A stretch of DNA of 64,000 bases from Piromyces finnis finn (taxonomy: Eukaryota; Fungi; Neocallimastigomycota): positions 186,001 through 250,000 of the forward strand of contig MCFH01000001.1 in NCBI GenBank assembly GCA_002104945.1. The letters are read 5' to 3'. The notes below the pieces were generated by a model. The model made no database searches, was not told the origin of the DNA, and worked only from the letters and a program-made list of their open reading frames with translations. A program made the position numbers and the translations under genes. This document shows, in pieces, positions 48,334 through 61,940 of the stretch (position 1 is its first letter; every line of letters starts with the position of its first letter).

Positions 48334-51300
48334 CCTGTCGTTCTCTACTACCATTAGAGTTCTCTCTACTATTTAATAAAATTTAAATAATTTTCTATCT
48401 TATCTAATTAAGTATTACGGTTAATTTTTGCCTATAAATAATTGTCTCCAATAGAATAGAATCATCTTAAATTTAAAAAAATATCGTAAAAAAAAAAAAA
48501 AGCTTGTTCTTGTTTTGCTATTCCTGCCCACACACACACACACCATGAACAATGAAAAGAATTATTGGCAATGATTTCTATATATCCATATATATATTAA
48601 CCTTTTGTATATAAACTATTTTCAATTTAATTTCCTATTACTTTAAATAGAATTATAATAAAAAAAAAAAAAGTTTTTAATATTAACTATTAGCATTAAA
48701 AAATAATCTACCGTATTTATTAATGCGATATAATTTCTTAAACTTTTTATATATTTTGAAATTATATATAACAATATTAAATAAGATTTGAATATATATT
48801 TTATTATATCTTTGTATTTATAAAATTAATAAAAAAAAAAAAAAAAAAAACTATATATAAAAGTGGAAAAAGTATTATTTGAATGAATGTACTATTGCTC
48901 ATTTCATAATCATGGTATTTTAAATTATTTCAATTATTTTTTTTTATTATTATTTATTGTTTATATAATAATGAATGTTATTAGCTATGGGTCAAAGAAT
49001 ATAAAAATATACTTTATTGGCATTTTAGATCAAAAAAATTGGCATTCCTATAAAAATATCAAATATTAAAATACTTTATCGTTAATAAGGTATTATAGTT
49101 TATTCACTATAACTTTTTTATTTTAATAATAGAAACTTTTGTAATAATAACGTTTTTAAATTATAGGCATAGTCATCATCATACAATTTAAATATCTTTT
49201 TTTTTTTTTTCATTCGATGGATCATCCCTTTTTTAGTATCCTTTTCTTACTTTATTCATAAAGTCAATAAGCCACAATAATATCATATTCTAATCTTTTA
49301 TAAAAATAATAAACAAAAAGACGAATAATTTTTCCTGATGAGTAACCTAAATAAATATATTTTTTTTAGATAACTCTAAAAAATGTCATATGATATTATT
49401 TAAGCCACTTATTCGGAATTTAAATTTATACTTTTTTTTTTTTTTGCCTTATTCATCATTCTCTATCCCCTTTTTTTTATTTTTCTTTTTCTTTTTATAA
49501 ACAAATTTACCTATTTAATTATAACTACAAAATAAATAATAATAGGAAGAAAGGGTTGTTTTGCTGGTTAAAACCTTTTCCAAAGTCTGGTTTATGCTTA
49601 TGAATAAGCAAAATTTTTAAAGTTTTTTTTCTATCATCTTTTTTTTTTCTTTTATTATCGCTTTTTTACTTTTTTGGTAAATCTCTAACTTTAATATTTC
49701 CATATATTATCGTGTCGTGTAATTTATATTAAAAGGATATATGGATAAATTATATTAAACTTAACATTTCTTAAAATATTAAATTAAATTTGGTTTATAT
49801 ATATTACAATATATTACAATATATTACAATATAGGATAAAGAAAACGAGACATTTTAATAAGAAAAATATTAATTTAAAAAAACTTTGATCCTTATTAAC
49901 CGGATACCTAACCCTTTATATTCAAAAGGTTAGAAGGCACCAAGATGTTTGGTGTAACAAAAAAGAAAAGTGCTAGGAAAAAGAAAAAAATAAGAAGGAA
50001 TGAAAAAAAAAAAAAATGAATGTATCTATCGATGTATATAGGAATATTTTGAATATTACTATTAATTGAAATAGTAAATTTTTCTTTTAAAGATGATATT
50101 CTGTAATAAAAAAAAAAGTTTAAAAATTAAAAGTCTTTTACTCTAACAAAAGGGTTATTGGAATAAATCATGGCATCCCATTATTTTCAAAGAAAGTTGG
50201 GTTGAATTTCGATGGAGTGGGATTATTTTGCCTCTTTTTTATTTTTCCATTCATTGACCATTATTAAAGTGTTTAAATGGGTGGGATTGGAACTATGGCA
50301 TGCTATACTTTTACATAAGAATTTGGTGTGGTATAGGTAGTATTCCACTGTTTAACAAGAAATTTCAACTTTTTTAATAGTTTTTCAATTCATATTTATA
50401 TCATACTACTTTCGTCTATTATCTATATAATAATAAAATGCATCTTTTGACTATACCTTTTCTTTTTTCTTTCCTTCCCTTTTCCTAATCCTCCTTTCCC
50501 TTTTTCCTACCCTCTTCTTTCCAAGCACCCATTCCTCCTCCTCCTACACACTCGCCTATTCAAAATAAAACTTTTAAAGATAAACATTTTTATTAAATTT
50601 AATTAATTAAAAAATAAAACATTAATATATTACAATATATTGTAATATTATTTTATTAATATAATAATTAAATTAAACTTTATCATGAAATATATTTTAA
50701 AGTATATATAAATATATTAAAAAATAAATCAAACATTAAAAAAGCTTATTAAAAATTTAATATATTTAATATATAATCAATAGTATATTAAATTAAATTA
50801 ATTATATTGGTTGAATATAAATAATTTTTATTATCTTTTTTATCAATAATAAATCGTTGCCTTTTCCTGCTGTCAAAAAAAATCTTTTGGGAGGGGAGAG
50901 GTACGCTTTCTTTTCATTCTTATTAATAATTATAGCTAAAAATAAATAATTCTTTGCATTAGACATTGAATCCTTTCCAATAATATAAATTTACCTTTTA
51001 TATTTATAGTTTGAAAAAAAAAAGATTTTTATTATTTTATTTGTAATGCAAATTTAAATATTCTAATCATTATTGGATGTCAATCTTTCATGATAATGAG
51101 GGTTAGTTTACCCAAAATTTATCTTTTTTTTTTTTATTATGAATCAATAGATAAAAATTAGTCTATCAATTTTTTTTTTTTTTATTTATTAAGGAATAAA
51201 ATTTTTTAGAGTATATTAAAATTTTTATATCTCCTTAATTTATTATTATATGTGATAGAGTGTCATTCTAATAAAAATTTTTTTTATTTTTTTTTCTCAA

Positions 51301-51812
51301 AAAGTTTTTGTTTTTTGTGTTGGATGATCTTGTTATGAAAGAAAGAAAAGTTTAAATAATTAGTTACCATTCGTTTAATTTAATAAATTATTAATACAAT
51401 TCAATAAATTCACTTTTATTATTTAAATATTAATCTTAATAACAGTAACATCTAAAAAAATACATAATATATAATTCTTTATATAAAAAGTCAAATTATC
51501 ATTTTCAAAGTGAAAAAAAAAAACTTAAAAACGAATATATATTATCAAAGAGAGAAAGAAAATAATAATAATAATAATATATAAAAATACAATAGAAAAA
51601 TATTCAATATTAAAATCAAAATTTGTTAAATAGCATAATAATTTATACATTATAAAATAAATTTGTTATTTTGATAATTCTTATAATATTTATTTTATCT
51701 TCGGTACTTGAACTATATTATTGTTAATAATAAAAAACAAGAAGGAAGAAATTTAATACTTATTAAGGTATGTATCTTAAAATATCATTTTTGTATATAT
51801 ATATAAAATACT

Positions 51813-51966
51813 AAAGAGATAGTTTATTGTTTAGTAGTAGTTATAAAATATACCAAAAAACAAAGAGATAGTCTATTGTTTAGTAGGTAGTTATAAAATA
51901 TACCAAAAAACAAAGAGATAGTCTATTGTTTAGTAGTAGTTGGATATCATAAAATATACCAGAAAA
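51813..51966. repeat. ~49-bp tandem repeat x3
   Basis: Unit AAAGAGATAGTCTATTGTTTAGTAGTAGTTATAAAATATACCAAAAAAC; the third copy is interrupted. Confidence 0.9.
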
Positions 51967-52685
51967 AAAAAGACATTGCTTAAATGTTTTTTTTTCGATA
52001 AAATGATTAAATAGTCTAGGAATAAAAAAGTCAATAATAATATTATTATTAATTAGAATTGAATAATAAAAGAATGTTTTTTTTTTTTTTTTACAAGTTA
52101 AAATAAAAATTGTACTAATACTAATTCTTTTTTTTTTTATATATATAATATTTATTTTTATATATATATAATGTTTATACTATTATTTTAGAATAAGAAA
52201 AGAATATAGTGATAATAAAGACATATTTTCATATTTGAAATAATTTTAATAATAATAGTACTCTTATTATTTTAAACATAAATATTATAAAAATTATATT
52301 GGTATTATAAAAGCAAACAATATAATAGATAATATTCATTGAATTTTTCATAATATATATATAAACAGTATTTTATAGTATGCTTTTTTATATTTTTTTT
52401 ATAGTATAGATAAATAATAAAGCATTTATCTATTATTCAATACTTTTATAATAGTCATACTATCTAATCTATAATTATTAGATAATAATATTTAATTTAA
52501 ACAAAATACACCTAATTAATTAATTTAAAAAGTTAAAAAAAAACAAAACTTAGTGAAATAAACAAATTAGTAATTTATTTTTTTTTGTAAAAGTCAATTA
52601 TCAAGAAAAACAATATTCTTGTTGAAAATAATATCTTATTATTTTAATAATAATTTAAACAATAAATTAAATAAAATTAATAAAA

Positions 52686-55247
52686 ATGGCAGCTCAATCA
52701 ACGCTAAATTGTGGTTGTAGTACCACTTCTAAACTATCTTATAGTTCTTATATACCAAATGTACTATTGAAAAATAAAAAGCTTAGTATGGCTGGCTTAG
52801 TTTTAGCATTAGCTACAACATCATGGCTTAAAAAGAAATATAATAATAAGGATGCAGCAAAAGAAAAAGTACTACCAAATGGAGGTAATTAAGACAAGCA
52901 TTATATTAATAATACTATATTATTTTATTTATATAAAGAAGAAATGTGTAGAATTGAATGAAATAAAAAAAAAACATAAAATTTTATATTTATATACAAT
53001 AGAGAGTATTAAACTTATTATTATTCTAATCTTATTTTTTTTTAGATGGTAATACTACAAATACTACAAATACAGAATTTACTTCATCAGATAAAACTTC
53101 TTCTTCTACTACTACTACTGCTACTACTAAAAATAATAAAATTGCAAATACAGGAAGCAAACTTAAAAAACGTACGGCATCAGTTGACAAAAGATTTTTC
53201 GAGCAAATGAGAAGATTAATACCAATTTTAATTCCAGGAGTAAAAAGTAAAGAATTTGCTTTAGTAGTCTCATTAGCATTGGTGTTAGTATTGAGAACAT
53301 ATCTTGATATATGGTTTTCAGGATTTAATGGTGCTGTAGTTAAATCTATTGTTTCCAGAAATAAAAGCGTTTTTAAACGTAAAGCTATATATGAATTTGC
53401 TATAATGATGTGGCCATTAAGTATTGTTAATAATGCTTTAAAATTAACCAAATCTTCAATGGCTTCAGCTTTTAGATCTAGATTATCACAATATGCTCAT
53501 GATACCTATCTTAAAAATTTGAACTTTTACCGTGCAAGTAATGTTGATAATCGTCTTCATAATATTGACCAATGTGTCACACAAGATATTGATAAATTTT
53601 CTATATGCCTTAGTAATTTATATTGTGGTATTGCTAAACCACTTGTTGATGTATGTCTCTTCTCATATAAACTTCAACAAGCCATTGGTAAAGGTGCCCC
53701 AATGATTATGATATTATATTTCATATCAGTGACTATATTCTTAAAGAAAATTAGCCCACCATTCGGTAAATTAATCAGTACGGAACAACGATTAGAAGGT
53801 GATCTTAGATATAGTCATTCCCGTTTAATTGCTCACTCTGAAGAAATCGGTGCTTATCGTGGAATTAACAGAGAAAAAATAATATTAGATAATTTATTAA
53901 AAAAGGTTATAAAACATATTGAAAAATCAAATGTATTAAGATTCTTTAATGGTATATTCGATAGCATATTTGTTAAATATTTTGCAACAATGTTAGCTTT
54001 CAAATTATTAGCTCGTCCATTAATGGATCCAAAATATGCTACTATGTTTATGGGTAATGCAAAGGCAACGACTTCACAACTTATTGAAGATTATAGTAGA
54101 AATAGTGGTTATTTAGTAAATTTATCTCAAGCCATTGGCCGTTTAATTCTTGCAGGAAGAGACCTTTCTAGATTTGCAGGTTATACATCTCGTATTTCTG
54201 ATTTCATTGATGTATTAAGTGATATAGATCAAGGTATCTACAGTCGTTATGTAAAGAGCAAAACTGAAGGTGCCCGTGTACACATCATTGATACTAATCG
54301 CTTAGGCTACAAAGTTATTCGTAATAACGATCTTATTAAATTTAGTAATGTCCCAGTTGTCACTCCAGCTGGTGATGTTTTAATAGAATCTCTTAATTTT
54401 GAAGTTAGACCAGGAGTTAATTTATTAATTACCGGTCCAAATGGTTGTGGTAAAAGTAGTATATTTAGAATTATTAATGGATTATGGCCAGTATTTGGTG
54501 GTACATTAGTAGTACCAGACCCAGAAAATATTCTTTATTTACCACAAAAACCATATATGATATTAGGAACTTTAAGAGATCAATTAATTTACCCACATAC
54601 CCGCTCTGAAGCACTTAAACGTCAATATACTGATGATAAATTAGAAAGATTATTAGCTACCGTTGGTCTTCAACATTTATTAATTCGTGAAGGAGGGTAA
54701 GTGTTTAACTTATCAGATAAATTTATTTTTGGTTGGAAATGAAATTAATTTTTTTTTTTTACCCTATTTTATGATAGATGGGATGTCGTTGCAGATTGGT
54801 CAGAAATATTAAGTGGTGGTGAAAAACAAAGATTAGCTATGGCTAGATTATACTACCATCAACCAAAGTTTGCTATTTGTAAGTTTTTTTTTTTTTTTTT
54901 ATTGAAAATAAAAGAATAAAAAATATTGTATAAATTTTATTTTTTTTTATTTTTGTAAATACAGAAAACACTAAAATATCATACTATACTATATAATAAT
55001 AACAACAGTGGATGAATGTACCAGTGCTGTTAGTACAGATATTGAAAATCATTTATTCTGCACCGCTAAAAAGTATGACATTACAATAATAAGTATTAGT
55101 CATCGTGCTAGTTTATTAAAATACCATACTCATTTATTAAGATTCGATGAACAAGGAAATTATGAAATAGAATTAATAGATGAGATTAGCTGGAAATCAA
55201 ATGAATCCGAAGAATTAGTAGCTGAAAGAGAATTTCCATCCACTTAA
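52686..55247 (+). CDS. ABCD-family (PMP70/Pxa1-like, peroxisomal-type) ABC half-transporter; exons 52686-52884, 53046-54696, 54778-54878, 55009-55247
   Basis: ABC_membrane_2 features ([11 protein letters not shown]-like [10 protein letters not shown]), Walker [17 protein letters not shown], signature [14 protein letters not shown], Walker [10 protein letters not shown] and H-loop SISHR, all joined by GT-AG introns. Confidence 0.95.
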
Positions 55248-56254
55248 ACACATCCTTAATAGATGAATCATATAAAAAAAAGAGTAAAAATAAATCTAAT
55301 ATATACAATAAATAAAAAAAAAAACAAATAAAAAGCAAACAAAAACAAAACAAAACAAACCAAAAAAAAGGGAACAAAGAATAAAAAGAATTTTACAGAA
55401 TTCTATTTTAAAAAAATATATCCATATCCATTAGTAATGATAATAATAAAGCTTTAACATTTCTATTTCATAATACATTATTATAGATGATAAAGAAAAA
55501 AAAAATTTTTTTAAGAAAAGGTTAATTTTTAGAGTCCAGTTAAATTTGTTAGAATGAATTTAACCATGTTAAACTCTTTTTAGTATATGAAAAATCTTTG
55601 GAAAAAAAAAAAAAAAAAAAAGCAAAACAGTAACAATAACAATAATGATAAAAAAAAAAAAAAAAAAAAAAAAAAAACGTATATTTATATATAAGTCTTT
55701 TATATATAATAATGAATTTAATGTGATGATCCATTCATTTAAATAATCATGTATTTAAATTGCGGCAAATCTATTAATTTATTCAACTGATAATTTATGT
55801 TTTTTTTTTTTTTATTCTTTTTTTATTTTTTTATTTTCTTTAATCCATTTCATTAGTATATATTTATTTTTTTTTTTTTTTATTGTAGAAGGGGAAAATA
55901 ATAAGAAAATATAAACAAAAAACAGAAAAAAACAAAAACAAAAAACAAAAACAAAAAAACAACAACAACAAACAACAAACAAAAAACAAAAACAAAAAAA
56001 TAAAATAAAAATATATTTATATAATAATTTATATACAGTCACATTATACACGATTTTAATTATTCTTTTTTTTTTTTTCCGTTTTTATTTTTTATTTTTA
56101 TTTTTTTATATTTATTTTATAATTTTTTTTTTTTATTTTTATATACTATTTATGACGGTAGTTTTTATTCTTTTTCTTTTTCTTTCTTTCTTTCTTATTT
56201 TCTATAGCTGCTGCATTTTTTTCTTCTTCTTCTTTCATTCAATTTTTAAGAATC

Positions 56255-56293
<39 letters not shown>

Positions 56294-56578
56294 TAATTAA
56301 ATTTTTATACATTTTATCTTTTTTTTTTTTTTTCTCTTTTTTTTTTTCTCTTTTTTTACTAATTGTACAAAAAAAAAACTTTTTAAATAAAATTTATAAT
56401 TCAAAAAAAAAAAAAAAAAAAGTACTATATAATTTAAGAATTATGTGTTATTATTTGAAAAATTTATAAAAAGGATAAAAAAAGTTTACACAAGAGAGAA
56501 TAATACTAACAACAACAACAACAACAACAATTAATAAAAATAGTTATAATATATATTGCTTTATAATTTTTTTATTTT

Positions 56579-56617
<39 letters not shown>

Positions 56618-56718
56618 GATAATAAAAAATAATAAAAAATAAAAAGGAAAGGACGTATGTATATTCATTCATGTTAGATTAAATGCCTCTTTTAGTTTAA
56701 AATACTTTTTTTTTTTTT

Positions 56719-57005
56719 TTATTGTGTATAAATACTCATTTTGTCGATATCTTCATCTGTATCCATTGGAATCTTTAAACTTTCCATACTATTTTCTTGG
56801 AATGGAATGGCATATTTTTCTGGATGATTTTTATCTAGGGCACTATAGGCACTTAAATCTGGATGAACAAAGGCTTCCTTGATTTGTTCAGTGGCATCCC
56901 CAATAATGGTTGTCATCACAGTAAAACGTCTAATTTATATAAATTATAATAATATAGATTGGTGGGTCGGTCGGTTGGTCGGTAGATAGATTGATAGATA
57001 TTATA

Positions 57006-57054
<49 letters not shown>

Positions 57055-60000
57055 CATTAGTATATAAAAGTTTTAAGCATTGTTAGGTTATTAATGAGAA
57101 TATTATAAATATTACCTGGTTGGATCTAAGAATTGTCTATAGTATTTCTTGTAGACACGCTTTAAATCATCGGATGTCACTTCTTGAACATATTTGTTGT
57201 GTAAGGCATCTTCTTCAGAACCAACAAATCCCTAAAAAGTTTGAATATCAAATTTAATAAAAAGTAAATAAAAGCAAAACAATAAAAGTATCAAATATAT
57301 AAAACTATATCTATTTATTATATATATATATTTAATCATCCTATTATTCTATCTATTCTATTCTATATTCTATCTATCTATCTATCTATCTATTTCCTAT
57401 CTATCATCTATCTATTCTATATTTACTCTTAATGCTCCACGAAGATAAGAATAGGTAACACCAGATGCTGTAGACTTAGAAGAAACATTTTTATAGACAA
57501 CACTAGCTTTAGCAGTATCAATATGGAAATCAGAACATATTTTAGCCCAACCTTCATCAGTATTCATTTCTTCAATAATTTGGTAGAATTCCATGGTAGC
57601 CTTTTGTGGTTCAGAAGAATCATAAAGACTAAAGGCTAACTGACCACTCCAAAGGTAAAGACAAAGTGATCCATCATAGGCATAACCATTACCACGAATT
57701 GATGTATAGAGTGGTCCTTCAGTACGGGTTAATAATTCGGCTAAAATGGTAACGGCGTAATAATCTTCATTTGGAATTGGACTTAAAACTTCAGATTCAA
57801 CATATTGAATTAAAAAGGAGGTACAAAGACCTGCAATTGGAACCATTACAGACTGATGGGCTTCATCAATAGAATGAATATTAAATGGTTTTCTTGGGAA
57901 TGGGAAGGTTGGCATAATTTTAAATAAATTATTATAATTAATTTTATTATCTGTAGCGTCGGTGGTGTCGTTATCATCATCAAGGTCAGAAATACTTTTA
58001 TTTTTAGCTTTTGTATGTGCTAAATAAATGGTATAGCATCTATCCCAAATACCTAAGAATTCTTGAATGGCATCTTGTTCATAATCATATGGCATAGCAA
58101 TTTGAACAAAACCTGGTATGATTTCTTTCTTCATGTAAATCGGTGAAGTTTTGAAATATTCAGCTTCCTTTGCAATGATTTCTAATGGTTTTAAGAGACA
58201 TTTTTGAATTTCTTCCAAGTTCTTGATGATTTCTGCGGATTTACCTTCTTCTACTGAATCAATAATTTTCTTTAAAAAGGTTTCCTGATTAAAGACACTG
58301 ATGGCTAAATCATTTAATAATGGTGTATTGCCATTATCATCATTACATTCAGCTATAATCTTGGTTGAAATACTATTTTTTTTTTTTTTTTTTTTTTAAA
58401 AAAATGAATAGGAATAAAAGTTAATAAATGTTATAAAGTATATATATATATATATTTTTTAAAATTTTCAATCGTAATATTTACGCTGATAACATTTCAG
58501 ATCCTTCTCTTTTAGTTTCAGTTAATTCACTTAATAAATTCTTGGCTGTAGAAATAATTCTTTCTTCATCAAATTGACTAAACATAAGAATAATCATGAT
58601 CCATTCACAAAGGTTACTATATTTAATTCCTTCAGAAGAAGCACTAATAACAAATGTTTCAGAAAGATAACTGGTATGGAAAATTTCATTACCAATACCA
58701 ATAGAAGCTTCATTAGATGTACATAATTCTGAAGTATTCTATTTATAATTTAAAAAAAAAAAAAAAAAAAAGAAAAAATTAATAAAACTATTTTACGTGC
58801 CTCTCTCTATACTTTATATTATTATTTATTTAATTATACATTTTTTTTTTCAGTATATTATTATAATTAGGAGGTGTTTTCTTCCTCCCTCCTTTATAAA
58901 TTAATAAAATTAATATGTATTACCTCAACTACTGTTCTGTAATCTAATATTTTTGATGTATTGTCCTTTGAAAGTTCTTTTGGTAAATCAACTGGAGTAC
59001 AGAATAACATTTCTTGGAAGAGAACAAGATAATCTCTTAATTCTTCTGGTATATGAGCAGTATTTAGATAGATTTTGACTTGAGAAAAGAAAGTATCTGT
59101 TTTAACATATTGAACAGATGAAAATGGTCTAGTTAAATCATATTGCTTAATTAATTGAGATGGTGATGGAATATCATTTTGCTTGAGGACGGTTTCATCC
59201 TTATCAGATTCTAATATTTGTTTAATCATAACATTTCCTCTAAATAATGGAATTTTTGTAGCGTCTGGAATAGGTGGCATACTATCTAAAACTTCTTGTG
59301 GAATATTGATTTCATTATCTTTAATGGCTTTTTCTAATTCTTCATCAAAATGTTTTAACTTTTCTGGACCTAATTCTTTAATACGATCTTCTTGATTTTG
59401 AATTTCTTTACTAGCTTGTTCATTGGCCAATTCTGGATCTGGAACCATTAAAACTTCAATGGTTGGTTGGTCGAGAATATATTTTTTTATCAATTTTTTC
59501 CAAAAATCTTGTGGGTATGTTTCTAATTCATTTAATATATCAAAAATTTGACTTCTAGTACCGATAATTGGTTTAGCATCTGGATTTTCATGTTTGGCAT
59601 CATTTAATTCGGAATGAGTAGCAAAATTATATCTTAATAAATCTTGAATAACAAAATTAGTAAGGACTTCATGAGGATCTTCTTCTAACATTTCATATAC
59701 CTTAACTCTATGTCTATCAATGGTTTTTAAAATTGTTTCTTCGTTTGGGAATCCATTTTCTACAAAGTTCTTGAAAATTTCGATTAATTTTTCGAAAAAT
59801 ACTCCTGGTTTAAAAAGATCGTCAAGATTATCTTTAATTTCATCATCATCATTATCATCGTTATCCTTACATATAGACATTTCGTCTGATATAACGTTAT
59901 TTTCAGTTTCTTCTACCTCTTCAGTACCATCATTTGAACCTTTATTGTCTTCAGTGTTGTATGGAACACCACTGAATATTAAGAATAAACATGTATCTAC

Positions 60001-61401
60001 AGTAGCTTTTAATTCGAAATCGACATCACTTGCAATTGGAACCTTTTTTTCAATAAATCTTTGACAAAGTGGTGATGCTGAAGTTTCATATAAATATCTA
60101 AATACAACATCTAAAGCAACCATTTCTTTTAAGTTTTCAAGACCTGGACCACGCCAAGCTTTTTTTTTTTTTTTTTTTTTTTTTTCATTATTATTTTAAT
60201 GTTATTTATTATTTTTTATATTATTTTTTATCAAATTTAAGAAAATTGTTAATATATGAACTTGTAAAATAATTTATATATTAAAATAAATATATAATAT
60301 AAATTTACCGTAAGAAATTGATCCAACATCAGCATCAGATACTGGGAAATGAACAGTTTCTGATATTAAATTATTTTCGACAATTGGAAGTGGTGGGTAC
60401 TCAATAGCTGGAATATCCATAATAGATGGATCTTTATGGCTACATAATAACTCTGGTACATTTTCAAGACTTTTTAATGCCTTTTCCTTATCAATTAAGC
60501 CACAAATAATAACTGTTATATTAGATGGGTCATAGAATTTTTTATGGTATTCAATAATCTCATCATTTGTTAAATCCTTTATATCTTTGGTTTTACCACC
60601 TTATTATTATTATTATTATTTTGATTTCGATAAAAAAAAATTAATGAAAATATATTTATTTATTTGTTACTTTTCGTATTTAAAAATGAAAGAGTTTTAA
60701 ATATACATACCACATTCAAAGGAATAAGTTGATTGATTTTGGAACAAATTTTTTCTTAAATGAAGATCAAGCTATAAAAAAGCATCATCATTATTATTTG
60801 ATATTAGTATTTGTAATATATATTTATAACATATTGTAATCAAGTAAACTAATACATACTAAGTCTGGTTCAGTATTTTCTCTACTAGCCATCTTTTATT
60901 AAATTATTATAGAATAATGTTATTAAAGATTAAGGATAATATTCTAATAATTATTTTTTTTCATAGTATTAAAATACAATATTTACTTCACAATATACAA
61001 CACCCTTTTGTTTTGCACTTCCATCAATATGATAAATTTCAGTAAGAAATTGATATGGTCTTAAGGATGGTTGAATGACATGATCTAAAAAGACAGGTAA
61101 AATATTAATAGTTCCTTCAGCGCCTATTAGGTAATTATTAATTTCAGATTTTAATAAAATTGTTAACTTTAATTTTATTGTGGTATATAAGTAGTTTGTC
61201 CATTAATTATTTTTATCTTACCAGCTGTAACAAGGGTATATCCAGTATTATCTTCTGCGGTATAAGCATTTGTACCACTTTAAATTTGTTTTATAATTGA
61301 TTAAAAAAAATTAATTTTATAATAAAAGAAATTTCAATATTTGGTTTCATTTAAAAACCCAAATATATAAATATATATATATATTATACTTTGCTCTCTC
61401 T

Positions 61402-61439
<38 letters not shown>

Positions 61440-61940
61440 CTAAACTTACATTGATAAGCATCGATTAGCCAAGCTACGATATTTATATTAATAATTATAT
61501 TTTATTATAATGATTTACTTTATTATAATGATTTTATTATTATAATTATTATCTTAATTATTAAATTATTGTATATTTTAAAAAGTGTACCTATCAAGAT
61601 ATCCACGATTTGGGTAGTTTTTTGAACCACAAAATATTAAATGCTGTAATTTTCATTTTCATTTTTTTTTTTTTTTTTTAAAAAAAAAAGATTAATAATT
61701 AATTTTAATATTTTTACAAATTTTATTATAAAATATCTGAATCATTACTTCTAAAGTATGTGGTAAACCTTTATCATTTGGTGATAAAGTTGGGACAAAA
61801 ATAGTTGTAGTACATAAAGGACCTGGAACATTAATAAAAACTACTCTGAAATTGCTTTTATCATATTTATAAGTGTTGATTTCAAGTGATTGATTTGGTT
61901 GTGTATTGAAGGATGAAGTTGATTCAAGTGAAAATGCCAT
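56719..61940 (-). CDS. M16 (insulinase-family, M16C-like) zinc metallopeptidase, many exons
   Basis: Inverted zinc motif GLPHTLE|HLIFCGSKNYP..GYLD across an intron, NAYTAEDNTGY, GVVYCEM and GPLYTSIRGNGYAYD. Confidence 0.88.

Noticed and set aside
49937-49976. Helitron 3' end (hairpin then CTAG)
   Set aside because: CTAG is followed by G rather than T, and no matching 5' TC terminus or other copies are visible.
55549-56469. Short Phe/Lys-rich ORFs between ABCD and the M16 peptidase (also 30914, 37164, 48887, 52852)
   Set aside because: Products of poly(A)/poly(T) tracts with no protein-like composition.
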